Positions 36,504-50,559 of a stretch of 64,000 bases of DNA are shown here, piece after piece. The stretch spans positions 2,232,001-2,296,000 of the forward strand of contig CM060731.1 of assembly GCA_030704615.1 (NCBI GenBank). The letters run 5' to 3'. Made by a program: the position numbers and the translations under genes. A model generated the notes under the pieces. The model was not told the DNA's origin. It ran no database searches and saw only the letters and a list, made by a program, of their open reading frames with translations. This DNA is from Takakia lepidozioides. Taxonomy: Eukaryota > Plantae > Bryophyta. Each line of letters opens with the position of its first letter. The stretch's first letter is position 1.

Positions 36504-37388
36504 TGTTAGAGGACTGTCTGGGACATAGGCACTTTTACGGGATCTGTGGGGTACCCTTAATTTTTGCACAGACTGAGACCAACAGGAGCCTTAGGGGTGA
36601 CAACAGCACACTTTAGGGGGGGGTTACACAGCCCGTCACAGCCAACACAGCCCGTCACAGCCAACACAGCTCGTCACAGTCCGACACAGCTGACACAGCC
36701 CAACACAGTCGCACAGCCAGTCACAGCTTGACACAGCTGTCACGACCATAGGGAACGGATAGCAGGACAATGAACGACTGTGGGGAACAACATCTGCGAA
36801 TGGAACATGTTAGTTCACGGATGACGGTTAGTGAGGGAAACGGTTAGAACAACGGGTAGGAAGATAAAGCCATGAACAAGGACTGGAAAATGATCACTTC
36901 TTGGGGGGACTTCGGACATCACTGGGGGGAAATGAGGCAGAGAGCGCATCTCTGAGCAGAAAGAGGGAGAGCACGGAGTAGGAGGAGGACGATCTGTTGA
37001 TGCTTGATGAATGCAAGCAGTAGAGTTGTAATGTAGAGCAGATTAGAGACTCCATGGCTTCAGCCTGATACTTGATAGATATTAATCTGATACATACTTC
37101 ATACTCACACTGTGTAGAGAGATCTGAGTGAAGCTGTGGAATGAATGGATGAGTTGATGGAATCCGATAGATTGCTGAAGCAAACTGATACTTAATTACC
37201 AACAGTAAAGTAACTAGCTAACATGAATGCGGGAAGGAAAACAAATAGGAAACACCCCCATTATACACTAGTTGTAGGTCATGACTGATTGTTCTGAGCG
37301 GGTTGAGTGCTTAGAGATTTCCAACTCTTCTATCTTGGAGTTTCCGCCTCGGATAGCGAAGGGATGGGTGAGTAAAAGCCGCGCGACA
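36504..37388 (+). repeat. 5' LTR
   Basis: tgttagaggactgtc...aagccgcgcgaca; near-identical to 48529-49422. Confidence 0.95.
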
Positions 37389-37390
37389 TT

Positions 37391-37408
37391 TGGCGACCAT
37401 ACTGGGGA
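37391..37408 (+). other. Primer binding site, probably tRNA-Arg
   Basis: TGGCGACCATACTGGGGA lies 2 nt after the LTR and resembles the complement of a plant tRNA-Arg(ACG) 3' end. Confidence 0.75.
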
Positions 37409-38169
37409 ACTGGGTCATGAACAACCAGATGTGATAGGCATCTGGTGGGATCATGGTGGTTGGAGAATTAAAGAATTTGATGTGAATCAAATTCCTTGTG
37501 AAACTGAGAATGAAAGATTGTCCAAACGATTCTTTCAGAGGTTCTTGGAATTGCCAGACGGTTGTAAAGAAAACATTCTTAAGAGAGTGCATGATGTTGA
37601 TCCTGAATGGGGTCTGGAGAAAGGAGTGATAAAGATTTATTAGGTGGCCTGTAGAGGAAGAGCACATTGGTTACCAACACTGGTTTATGAGATAGCATTG
37701 CTATCCATTAAGCGAGTAGAGTTTGAAGGCTGGGAGGAAAGAAAGGTGAATGTTTTTACTCATATGCATAAAGAGCTTGTACTGGTAAAGAATTGGATTC
37801 CCAAAGGATATTTTGTGGATCAAACTCACACCAAGAACAGCTTTCCAGACTTGTTTGCCATATGGTTATATGGTAACGGAGACTTCTAGTATAGCCAAGG
37901 GTGCATTGAAGCTTGAAAGAAACCCAGGCATATATGAGAGATATTACAGAAGAGAGTTTTGGTTATTGCCACATTAAAAGAAATGAAAGACATGGGACAT
38001 GAGTGATGAAAGAGAAGCTAGACGCCAGAGATATTCAGCAAAAAGAGAAAGCTATCTGAAAGCTAATTATCCATATCTTTGGGAGAGAGGAATAGACATA
38101 GGGGAATCATCTGGACCTCTCACACCATTAAGATCATAGAGTACATCACCCATACCGGAAGAACTAGAG

Positions 38170-41100
38170 TTGGATGCCACTCCTTCTTTTTCTTTGCAAG
38201 AAAGATTAAGGGAATTGGTACGGGAAGAAGATCAATCACGAGGTGAAAGATCTGAGGTACATCCCTGGATAAAAGATTTGACAGAAATCTTTGATAAGAG
38301 TTGGCATGGAACACCAAAAGCAGGAACTCCAGTTTCTGAAGCGGAAGGTGAAGAAGGAGGAGAGGATGTGGCAGAGCCAACGGAGAGTTCAGACTCTCCA
38401 ACACCATTGCAGTTGAGTTACATGAGTGAAGAAGAAACCCAAGGGCAGAACTTGGAGGATGAAAATAGAGAGAAGAAATTGGAAGAAGGAAGGAGTATGA
38501 AGAAGTAGACCCAACAGCTGAGGTTGAGACTACAACCAGGACATCCCAACCCGTTGGACCTGGATCAAGTGGAGCACTTGGATCACAGGCCAACGAAGGT
38601 GTCGGCTCAGGGGGATCAGGCGGGCTGCCTGGATCTGGCTCTGGGGGGACAGGGAGTGTGGGAAGTAGTGCAACTGGAGCTGGGAATACTGTGAATATCG
38701 TGGGGCCAGTAGCAGGGAGTGCTCGAGGGCCACCACTTGGTGGAAGATCCACCACAACAACAACAGGTCCTGAAGGACTAGCACCAGCAAGGGTGCAAGC
38801 ACCTATCAGTGGGCAGAAGGTAGGGCCACAGATGGCGTTACAACCAACACGGGCAAAACCACCTTTTCCAATATATTCAGGAAAAGGGGATCCCGATGTA
38901 CACATTAGCCAATTTGAGCACATGTGTATAGTGAACAATGAGAATGGCGATGATGCCAAGATGAGATTGTTTCCTTCTTCACTTATCAAGAAAACAAGTG
39001 AATGGTATGCAAGATTCCTTGATAATCATTTCCTAACTTGGAATGGCTTGAATACAACATTCCGAAATAGGTTCAGGACAAGTAAAACTGAGGATGAAGT
39101 GTATGGAAGTTTACAACAGTTAAAGCAAAAGAAGCATGAAACTGTTGAGGAGTATATGGAAAAGATGGAATTGATGATGAAAAAGCTGGCTGCTGTACCA
39201 GCACCAGGTTTACAGAAGACTTGGTTTGTGAGTGGACTAAGACCAGAGTTGCAGAAGAAAGTGGATATGTTACCCCATAATACAGTGGAGGCGGCATTTG
39301 AAACTGCAAACAGAATTGAGCAATTGGGAATGCTCAGGAGAGAGAAAAGGGATGATGAGGACTCTGAGGATGTGTCAGATGAAGAAGAAGAGCAAGAACT
39401 GAAAAAGAAGAGTAAGAGAAATGAGAAGTTGAAGAGGGATAACTACGAGAAAAGATTAGAAGAAATCTTGAAGAAGTATGCCACAGAGGCTGCAACACAT
39501 TGGAGGAAGGGTGTTTGGTGTGCAAAGTGCCAGAATGAAGGCCATACCACCACTGAATGCCACATGAAGGAGAAACACTGTACTATCTGTAAAATGGATA
39601 ACCATTCTACTGATTATTGTTACTACAACAGAAGGACAGCAGCTAGAGAACCTAGGCAAGTAAGGGTGCATCAAGTGCAGCCCCAGCCAAGAAGAAACAT
39701 TGATCAGCTATGGTATGCATAGTGGTTATAACAATGGCATGGAAGGGAGAGGTAATTCAAGAGGGAATTACCAAGGAAATTCCAGAGGCAACTATCAGGG
39801 TAATCCAAGGGGGAATTACCAGCCCGGGAATCAGGATTACAGAAATAATCCAAGAGCAGACCAGGGCGAGGACCCAATGGTGAAGAACTATGTTACTATT
39901 GTAATCAGCCAGGACATCGCAAGGCAGCCTGTTCATTCTGGATTAGACACCAGAATGAGATGAGAGCTCCTGTGAATGAGGGCCCAGTGGTGGCAGCTCA
40001 CATGGTTAGGCCATGTGTTGTACCAGAAGTAAGTACAATGATAGTAACAAGAAGCAAAGCCAAACTAATACCTCTAGTAGTTGAGGAAGATGATGATAAT
40101 GAAGGTGGCAGTGATATGCCTGAAGATGATGAGGCTTGGAGAGATGAGAAGGAACTGCACAAGGAAGTGGCAGATACCATAAGGGAAATGCAGAAGAGTA
40201 CTGATATTCCTGTGGCAGATTCCTCTGATTCTGATGGAGAAGAAGAATGAGTGAGGATGAAAGGAAGAAAGAAGATGCAGACATGCAAAGTAATGAAGGG
40301 ACTTTGGCTGACGTAATATGCCAGACCAAAGAGAGATTACCATTGGACAGCTATTGGCTGTGGCACCTTATTGTAGACACAGGCTGTATCAAGCAATCAA
40401 TCGAATTGCCCAGGAGACAGGAAACACAGACCTGAACAGCAAGGTGACCAGTTATAATGTGAAGCCGGAAGGGCGAGAAACAGTCATGGACTTTGATGAT
40501 TCTATGCCAGTAATCCAATTGAGAATTGGAAGCACAGAACTAACTGATGTACTGATAGATAGAGGCTCTGGAGTAAATATCATGACAGACCAATTAAGAA
40601 AGAAGCTTGGTCTAAGTAACATGAAACCAACCCCCATTTACAGTAACAATGGCAGATCAAAGGAGTGTACAGCCATTGGGATTAATAAGAGGAGTTAAGA
40701 TACAGATACAGAAGATGATCTTTATGATCACAGTAACTGTGTTGAAGATGGATGAAGTCATGGAGGCTTACTCCTTATTATTGGGACGTCCGTGGCTGAA
40801 ACAGGCCAGGGTATTCCATGACTGGAATTCTTAGTTACTAACCGTGCATAATGGGATGCACGAGATACAAATTACCACAAGAAATCTAGTAGATTACCTG
40901 CTACGAGAAGACCTCGAGGGGTCAGAGAGTATGACTGGAGAGGAGGACTGGATGAGGAGCAGGAAGCTACCCTGTTTGCTGCACACCAGAGTGGGAGCAG
41001 TTGCAGAGATGCGGCTGGAAGGCCTAAGTTGTTTAAGAGGTATCTGCTGTGGTGTAGTGTCAGTAACACCAATTGAAGAAGAAACCAGCAGTTACCCATC

Positions 41101-43960
41101 ACATTTCTATGACGAAAGAGAAGGAGAAATGGAAATCCTAGAGGAACCAGCCACTGTGAGTTTACAGGATGAAGTGGTGACTGGTTGGACAATCACAGCT
41201 GATGAGCAGGTGAGGGAAGTGAATGTGGGAACTAAAGAGGAACCAAGGATGGTGAAGGTAGGAGCTGATTTGGAGCCAGAATTCTTTGAAGAAGCTGAGA
41301 GTTTGTTCATCAAATACAGAGATGTATTTTCTTGGAGCTATGAGGATCTAAAAGGGATACCATCTAAAATCTGTCAGCATAAGATTGAACTGGAACCAGG
41401 GTCAGTACCAATCAGCAGGCAAGGTACAGAATGAATCCCAACTACGCATAGAAGGTTGGAGAAGAGATCAAGAAGTTGGCTGAGGCTAAGTTTATATACC
41501 CAATGGAGTATACAACTTGGTTGTCACCCATTGTGATAGTTCCCAAGAAGAATGGTAAACTAAGAGTTTGTGTGAACTACAAGAAGCTGAATGCTTGTAC
41601 GAAGAAAGATCCTTTCCTTTGCCATTCACAGAAGCAGTATTGGACACTGTGGCAGGCCATGAGATGTACTCATTCATGGATGGCTTCAGTGGTTATAATC
41701 ATTTGCAAGTGGCAAAAGAAGACCAAGGAAAGATAGCTTTCATCACAGACTGGGGTGCTTATGCATACAACAAATCATGCCCTTTGGACTTTGTAATGCA
41801 CCAGCAACCTTTCACAGAGTGATAAGTGAATCTTTTCATGAGTATCTGGATGATTTCATGCAGGTGTTCTTGGATGATTTCAGTGTGTACAGCTCTAAGA
41901 ATGAGCACTTGCATAAATTGGAGTTATGTCTGGCCAGATGCAGATAAGAGGTCTGGGCCTGAATCCAGAGAAGTGTACTTTCTGTGTGAACTCAGGGGGT
42001 GCTTCTGGGACACATTGTGTGTAAGAGGGACTTCTTGTGGATCCCAGGAAGACAGAGGCCATTAAAGCCTCTCCACCCAACAAATGTTAAGAGTCTAAGG
42101 AGATTCCTTGGGCAAACCAGTTATTACAGAAGATTTGTCAAAAGGTATGCACAAATAGCAGCACCATTGAGCAAGCTTCTGAAGAAAGATGCAGTGTTTG
42201 CATGGACAGCTGAATGTCAACGGGCTTTTGAGGAACTTACATTGTCAGTAACAACTACACCTGTGCTGATTACCCTCACTGGCATGTATATGTTCATGGA
42301 TGCCAAGAGTTGGGAGCGGTGTTAGCCCAGAATGTTACAGGAAATATAGATTCACCTGTGTACTATGCTAGCAGGTTGATGAACAGTGCTGAAAGGAACT
42401 ATAGCACAACTGAAAGAGAAGCACTGGCAATGATTTATGCAGTCAAGAAATTCAGGCATTACCTATTGGGAAGAAGTTTATGTTTTATGTGGATCACCAG
42501 GCTCTGATATATCTGGTGAACAAACCTTTGATAAGTGGAAGGATAGCAAGTGGTTAATAATCTTGCACGAGTTTGAGTTCGAGTTGTTTACAAGCCTGGC
42601 CGTTTGCATCTTGTGGCAGATCATTTGTCACGACTAACAACAGGAGAGGCCGCCACAGGAGTAGACGATCAATTACCTGATGCGAGTTTATTTGTAATGG
42701 AGGTGCAGGAAGTGCAGATGAATGGTTAGATTGGCAGTGGCCAATCAGATACTACCTTACTCATGGTCAGTGCCCACCTAGTTATGGTAAGGAGCAGAGG
42801 AAGAGAATCGCTATCAAGGCTTTTACCTTATACTATGGTAGGAAGCAGAATGTATAAGCTAGGACCTGATGGAGTACTAAACGATGCTTGTACCACCATG
42901 AAGTAAAAAGTTTTGGAGGAAGTTCATAAAGGAGTGGCTGGAGGTCATTTTGGAGAAGAGACTACCAGTAGGAAAATACTACTCGCAGGTTACTGGTGGC
43001 CTACTTTGTTCAAAGATGTACACAAGTATTGTCAGAGTTGTGATGAATGTCAGAGGCTAGGACCTTTGCAGAGATCTGGAAGATGGCCTTGCATCCTACA
43101 ATGCCTACGGAACCATTTCAGAAATGGGGACTAGACTTTGTTGGACCAATTAACCACCAGCCAAGAATACACAGAACAGGTACATAATTACAGCCACTGA
43201 TTATACTACGAAGTGGGTGGAAGCTAAAGCTTTGAGGGACAACACAGCCAAGTCCACAGCAAGGTTCCTGTATGAGAACATACTTACACGATTTGGCTGT
43301 CCCTTGGAATTTATCAGTGATCAGGGAAGTCACTTCATTAATGAGACCATTGAATTATTGACTAAAGAGTTCATGATTGTGCATAGGAAAGTACAACATA
43401 TTACCCACAGGGTAATGGGCAGGCAGAGGCTACCAACAAAATACTATGTACTATCTTGGCTAAGATAGTCAATGCAAACAGAACGGATTGGGATACAAAG
43501 CTGCTGACAGCTTTGTGGTCATACAGGACTTCATATAAAGTCACCACTAAGTATACACCATTCCAATTAGTTTATGGTATGGAAGCTTTACTTCCAGTGG
43601 AATTCCTGTTACCTACCATGAGAACGGAATGGGGAAAGAGAATGGAATTGCAAGATTCAATTAAGGTCAGGAAACATGAATTATACCATGTGGAAGAAGT
43701 ACGTGCTGATGCAGCTGATAACATGACCAGAATTCAGATGAAGAGAAAGGAACAGTTTGATGAAGGCAGTAAAGACTTTTAAGACGGGAGATTTGGTTCT
43801 CTGGTTGCAGAAGAAGGGAAAGATTAAAGCTTCTAAGCTTAAATCACCATGGAAAGACCTTATGTCATACAGAAATGTATGATAACAACACCGCCATGTT
43901 ACAAACCATTAACAAAGAGATGCTGGGAAGAGTCAATGCCAATAAGTTGAAGGGGTACAG
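38170..43960 (+). pseudogene. gag-pol polyprotein (frameshifted)
   Basis: Gag FPIYSGKGDPDVHI, zinc knuckles CAKCQNEGHTTTEC and CTICKMDNHSTDYC. Protease LIDRGSGVNIM. RT FMDGFSGYN and FLDDF. RNase [11 protein letters not shown]. Integrase GGHFG..CQSCDECQ and ISDQGSHF. Confidence 0.92.
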
Positions 43961-44968
43961 TGGTATCCATGACAAACCATTGCAGCATGATTTGCATGTT
44001 GAAACGCAAAGCAGTCACGGGCTGCGCCAGTGATACCAACGGAGTATGGAGCACTTGTCGCTAGCCGAGCATATATGACCAGGGCGGGCAGAACAAGGCG
44101 ACACAGCCTATCACAGCCCAGCACGGCGCGACACAGCCTATCACAGCCCAACACAGGTATCATAGCCTATCACAACCTACCACAGCGTGTCCAGCCTATC
44201 ACAGCTTACCACAGTGCAACACAGCCTATGTAACCACAGTATGACACACCCTGTCACATCTCAACACACACATCCTACTAGGTTTACACAATCCATAGAA
44301 TCAGTGACATGTGGACGCAGGATAACTTCAGGGAAATGCCGCGGAAGAAAGGACGGAAGCCAGTTTAGAAAGGACACGTGGAAGTCAGGGCGCAACACAC
44401 AGCTGAGAAGGAAGTGCAAGAACAGGTCATCAGAAAGAGGACAAGAATGGCCGTCAAAATACCTACTTAGCACGTCAATTCGGATGAATGGCGGGCCCAT
44501 TAATGAATACGGAAAAAGGGCAACAGAACAAACGGCAAGTACAGAAAAGCGAAATTCTTGTCAAATGTTTTATCCTAGTGGACATCCCAGCAGGGAAAGT
44601 CCACTAAAGAAAATTAAATCTAAAATCCAGTCACAGCGGTTACAGCCAATCGAAAGCCAGAAAAGGATCAAGAAATTGGAGGGAATTAAGCGCAAGAGTC
44701 GGCGTCGTTCTAAGTAACGGGCGTCGACGGGACAAACCATCAATGCTATAGCTTTGAAGCTATGGAGGAACTAACAACTATACGCTCGCATATACTTACG
44801 CAGTGGCATAGGGACGAAGAACAGAGCGGATCTTTTCTAATCGATGCTTGCAAGCCCGCAGGCTTACAAGAAATTACCATAGCTTTTTGTGGCAACCATA
44901 CGTTTATGCTTTGTGCCCTGCAGGCATTTCTTCAATTGTTACAGCCAAAACCTTTCTGTGGGTCTAGA

Positions 44969-47900
44969 ATGAAGAGAGTGAGAGGAATGGAAGAAATCAG
45001 GGTGAAGAGCACCACATCCTGCAGAAACAAACGATTGCTACTCCACAGGCGGTACAGTTACTGAAGGAGCTGCGATTGGAAGGATTGCAAAGCAAAGATT
45101 GGACATTGCACCATAGACAGTACATGTTACAATTCTTGCAGAACTTTGAGCCTAGGACAGGAGCAAACAACGGTGAAGGGAGTTGAATTAGAAATTACTC
45201 CCCTATACCTACAGCAATTGTTTGAATTGCCATCAGGTCAGGTGCATGTGGAGGAGCACAGGGCAAGACTGCAAATAGGGGACTTATTCCAAGAAGGGAG
45301 TTTCTTTAAAACTCAGGGTTTATGCTTGTACCAAGGCCGTGTACCCAGGGCTAAGGGAGGTAGGCCAGGTATTGAACGTTCTGTTTGCCATGAAACAGAA
45401 CCAACAGTATTGAGCAGATCCTTCACAGAGGAAATACTTCAAAGCCCTGAGGAGAAGAGGTATGGGCGGACATAATGTACAACGCGCACTGGTAGAGGAG
45501 ATGAAAAGATTACAGGGCACTGCCGCAAAGTCTCCTATCATAGTGTCTGGCCCAATCATTGCTCAAATATTCTTGATTCTTGCATACTTGATGCTCGAGA
45601 AAGAAAGGAGATGAGAGTGTTTGAGACTGAAACCACTGCAATGGAAGAGCAAGGCTCTTCACACAGTGAGGGTGGACTGGCAGGGCAACCCCAGACTAAG
45701 AGATAGAGGCGGGGAAAGACTGTAGTGGCAGATCCACTGGCTTCACGAAACCGCATGATAATTTTCCCAGCTCTTGTGCAGGAAGGGGCACAGCAGCACA
45801 GAGAACTGCTATTATTGGAAGCAGGACCTTCAGAGAGGGAAGAGGAAGTTACTTCAGTATCACAGCCATCACAGCCAGATGATTGGCTTGTCACAGAGTT
45901 ACCACAAGTTGTCCATGCAGTTCCACAGAAATAATTGATTTGGAGAAAGAAGGGTTAGATATTCCCACTACAGAACAGTGGTGGCAGAAATTGAGAAGGG
46001 GACCTTCTCTATGAATATTCTGGTCTGGTCAAGGAACAGTGATTCCGGAGGTGCAACGGTTGTCCAGGGGAAACCCTGCGGTGCATATAATACACACACC
46101 TGTGACGGAGGTACCACAGGTAGAATGTCAAGACACTGCAGTGGTTCAGGAAGAAAATTTGGTGGGGCAATGGCCTGAGTGGTTCGTGAGGCATCACACT
46201 GTTGAGGATCAGGGAGAACAGCAGCAAGCTCACCATGATGACCCTCAACAGGCCATGCTTATGAGTTCCATAAGCAGGACACTTAATTTGTTGGGCACTT
46301 ATGTCAAATCCCATGTTCCAACTACCCAATTGGCAGCTTTGAGGGAGGAACTCAGGAAGGAGTTTGAGGCTTGACTTGCCACTGAGTGTGCAAACAAGGT
46401 CGATGAAGAGGTCACTCTCAAGATGCAGCAAGACTTAGAGAGTACAGAAGTGGCTTTGCAATTGGCCAAGGAACAATTGATTGAGGCAGGCCTCGCGCAA
46501 GACCAGTTGCACGAAGCACATAAGCAACCTACCAAATACAGGTGAAGCATAAAGCAAGTTGCAAGAAGTGAATGCACTACATACGGAGTTGCAGACAGTG
46601 CATGACAGATGGCCATACAATGCGCTACACTCACAACTATGCTTGACCAAGCTACAATAGAAATAAACAGTCAAGCGGAAAGATGTACGAAGGCAGAGAC
46701 AGAGAATGTTGAGCAATTGAAACTCATTGTCGATATGAAGAATACAATCTGTCGCAATGAATACTTTCAAACAATACAGGCAGGTTGAAGCTGACCAAGA
46801 GAGGTACATCCTGGAGTTGCAACAAACGCTCATGGTAAATAGAAATGAACTCTCTGTGACTAACAAAGCTTGGAAGGAAGCCAATAATCTGGCTGCTGCC
46901 TATACGAGTTATGGTTGAACCTCATGCGAAGCGCATAGAGGCTTTACAGGCAGCAGATAGATGTGTACAGGCTCACAGAGGAGCAGACTCTAAAGGGGTG
47001 CCACAAGCAACTTGGTGGATAACCACCTTATGCAGGTCTGGTTAGCACAAGGGCCGGTGGAGAGCAAAGCACCAGGAAAGCTCACCCAAAGCGAGATGAA
47101 TGAGCTCAGACTGCAAGTGCAGAACATTGCCACAACTACTATAGACAATGTCTATAGTAGGATACGGAGTTACAGGAGGATGTAGACGGCCTGCAGACTC
47201 AAGTGGAGGACCTCACTTCAAATATCGACAAGAGAGTCTGTGTACCTGAGGAACAGCTAATGGCTTCTTATTTACAAGCGAGAACTTTTGGCTTTTCAGT
47301 CTTCTTCAGGGGGTGCAGGAGATGCCAATACAAGAGCCAGTGCCACCAACACCACAACAAGTCACTGTGCCAGTAGCTGACCCTGTTGTTACTACACAGC
47401 CACACCACAGCCACCACAGCCTGAGGTATGGGGGAATGCTGCTTTTTAACCCACCTAAAACTCCAGCTGCACGGGAGTACAGTCGGGCTATGATTATGCC
47501 CTTCAACCAAATTCCCATTGTGTTGGATTTGGCTTGGAAGAATTTAGTCCTCCGCAGTAATTGCACATTACTATCAAATCATGCGCATTGGCTGCCAGTG
47601 GCCACTAGGACAAAGTTCTTCCGAACAATCGACCAATTGAGGATCATCACTTTGGCGCAGTACTGGCATGAGGCAAGTACCATGTTGAAGGAATTAATTG
47701 CCTTCCAAGTTGTACATGGATTCATTATACCAAGACCAAAGAGGTAGCAAGTATTGTCATGGGCTGCGGGTTTATACTACGCTGCTTGTTTTCTGGTACG
47801 TTATCACATTGAGCAACAGAAGATGCAAACGCGCTTTCTGAGTTATTCCAGTGGGATCATTGGGTCTTACCTTCAGTGCCACCTCATATGTACCTATATG

Positions 47901-48490
47901 AGGCAAAAGTTATGATGCAAAAGGATTCTCAGATTCGTTCATGGTTTCATGCGGCCTGGAACAATTTTGTCAACACAGAAATTTGGGCCTGACGATATTT
48001 TCTTTAAGGGACATGAGGCATGGAAATATTTGCACAATTCACAAGTCATTGGTACACCACTCACCTGGACAGACAAGGAGCTCAGGTCTTCACCACCAAT
48101 TTTGCAATTCAACGCTTACAATAAGTTTTACAGTTTAAACTTCCAGACATGGTGGGACAACATTGTATGCCCCAGAGAATTACAGTTAAAGTTCGACAGT
48201 TAAAAACACCTCAGGGGGACGAGGATTCTGATACAACTGTTTCTTCAGCGGACTCTTTTGACATGGCAGAGGACTATGCAATTCAGATGGCAGAGAAGAA
48301 GCGACGGGGTCTCCTATGCCTGAAAGATTACCTCGATATCAGCCCTCCAGAGGGACTGACATATCCAAGTAGTGTTCAATCACCTCCCTCAACCAGTGAC
48401 AGAACACGGGCTCGCACACGGAGTCCTTCACGAGACTCTAACCGTCAGAAGGGTGCTCGCTCACAAAGGGTTACAAATCCCAAACAGTAA
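44969..48490 (+). pseudogene. Additional 3' ORF of the LTR element (env position; acidic and coiled-coil, frameshifted)
   Basis: ORF fragments between integrase and PPT. Homologous to 29338-31953 (LEITPLYLQQLFELP vs ILLMEQYLAEVFHLP; YSRAMIMPFNQIP vs YFKTMIVPAHQIP). Confidence 0.7.
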
Positions 48491-48528
48491 ACCGTGAGGA
48501 CACGGCTTTTTTGAAGGGGAAGGGGTAA

Positions 48529-49422
48529 TGTTAGAGGACTGTCTGGGACTTAGGCACTTTTACGGGATCTGTGGGGTACCCTTAATTTTTGCACAGACTG
48601 ATCAACAGGAGCCTTAGGGTGACAGCAGCGCACTTTAGGGGGGGTTACACAGCCCGTCACAGCCAACACAGCTCGTCAGTCCGACACAGCCCGTCACAGC
48701 CGCCGACACAGTCCGTCACAGCCAACACAGTGTCACAGTCCGACACAGTCCACACAGCCGTTGGCTTGACACAGCTGTCACGACCATAGGGAATGGATAG
48801 CAGGACAGGGAACGACTGTGGGGAACAACATCTGCGAATGGAACATGTTGGTTCACGGATGACGGTTAGTGAGGGAAACGGTTAGAACAACGGGTAGGAA
48901 GATAAAGCCAGGAGCAAGGACTGGAAAAGGATCACTTCTTGGGGACTTCGGACATCACTGGGGGGAAATGAGGCAGAGCGCATCTCTGAGCAGAAAGAGG
49001 GAGAGCACGGAGTAGGAGGAGGACGATCTGTTGATGCTTGATGAATGCAAGCAGTAGAGTTGTAATGTAGAGCAGATTAGAGACTCCATGGCTTCAGCCT
49101 GATACTTGATAGATATTAATCTGATACATACTTCATACTCACACTGTGTAGAGAGATCTGAGTGAAGCTGTGGAATGAATGGATGAGTTGATGGAATCCG
49201 ATAGATTGCTGAAGCAAACTGATACTTAATTACCAACAGTAAAGTAACTAGCTAACATGAATGTGGGAAGGAAAACAAATAGGAAACACCCCCATGATAC
49301 ACTAGCTGTAGGTCATGACTGATTGTTCTGAGCGGGCTGAGTGCTTAGAGATTTCCAACTCTTCTATCTTGGAGTTCCCGCCTCGGATAGCGAAGGGATG
49401 GGTGAGTAAAAGCCGCGCGACA
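48529..49422 (+). repeat. 3' LTR, preceded by PPT gaaggggaagggg (48513-48525)
   Basis: TG..CA ends, followed by TSD acact. Confidence 0.95.
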
Positions 49423-49427
49423 ACACT

Positions 49428-50030
49428 ACACAGAAATATTCAACTTCCTAAGCTATATCTAACCGTACCTACCCAATACCAGCCCCATATAAGGCACACA
49501 ATCTCACGCTATAACATAACCCTTACACACAACAAAAATTGGAATTACATCGCACTGTCATTGGTACATTTCAACTGGTTATATCCACAGAAGTATATAG
49601 CTCCCCACACACTACACATATATGAACAGGCAACCCGCGCCCATCTCACCAATACGCAACATATACAAAGTCTCTCTACATATACAAAATCGTCTGCTGC
49701 CCCCAAGCCAGACGGGGCCATAAATTGTCTACACACTGTTCTCAATTTATTCCCCCCTTGCACCTCCAACAGCACCAAATACTCCCAGCGCCACCCGCCC
49801 CCACAACCTGCATCCCCCCCAACACCAATTATAACTCAACCAATGCACAACCATACTACGACCACCCCTACTTACTGTCCATTCCCCCAACAATACCCAG
49901 ATCACCGCACATCCATCCCCCGCGCCACCACGAACTTACCATACAAGTTCATACAAGAGGCAATGGACATCCCAATGTAGCTCTGACAGTAGCAGCCACA
50001 AATGCCCACACCATAAAACATACATACCTT
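49428..50030 (+). mobile_element. C/A-rich retroelement remnant (continuation of ~36400-36503), interrupted by the LTR element
   Basis: Same composition on both sides of the ACACT TSD; open frame to 49980; no diagnostic motif. Confidence 0.35.
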
Positions 50031-50559
50031 CCTGTAGAATAATAGAAATTTTTGGTTGAGATTTACTTCTAAGACTATTTAGTGTATTTTATGCTCAATA
50101 TACTCCGTGACGCTATCGATACCGGTTCGATATAGTGACATTACTCGATATTTTGTGATGGTCGATAGTCTGACTTTAATCAATAACGAAGAAGATGGAT
50201 GAATGACTATTGTGAATGGATAGAAGAAGTTAGGCGGTTATGGAAGTTGTTGAGGCAGCTTGCTATAATTGAGCTGCGAGACAATAGATCATTGTCAGTT
50301 GAGCCAGAGAGCCGTGACCTGAGTGGAGTGAGTAGGAGTTAGAAAATAGAATTATTCCTCAATGGTAGATTAGTAATGCGTTATTGTGATGTAATGTTTG
50401 TGAATGAATAGAAGAGAAGAAGGAGAAAAATGAAGTTCAATTCACTTTGTTTTGTGTGAAGAATGGAATGATGGAATGTGAGACCAATTCTAAATGCAAT
50501 GGTTGAAGAATTATGATTGCGTGAGATAGTGAGAATGTGCACAAATGGAGAGGATAAAG

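Larger units (their letters stand above)
36504..49422 (+). mobile_element. Full-length Ty3/gypsy LTR retrotransposon (non-chromovirus; ~12.9 kb) with extra 5' and 3' ORFs
   Basis: TG..CA LTRs at 36504-37388 and 48529-49422. 5-bp TSD ACACT at 36499-36503 and 49423-49427. PBS and PPT present. Domain order gag-PR-RT-RH-IN. Confidence 0.97.

Noticed and set aside
35570-36616. 348-aa gene
   Set aside because: Low-complexity frame running through the tandem array and into the LTR; no recognisable domain.
38120-38989. 289-aa minus-strand ORF
   Set aside because: Antisense shadow of the gag ORF.
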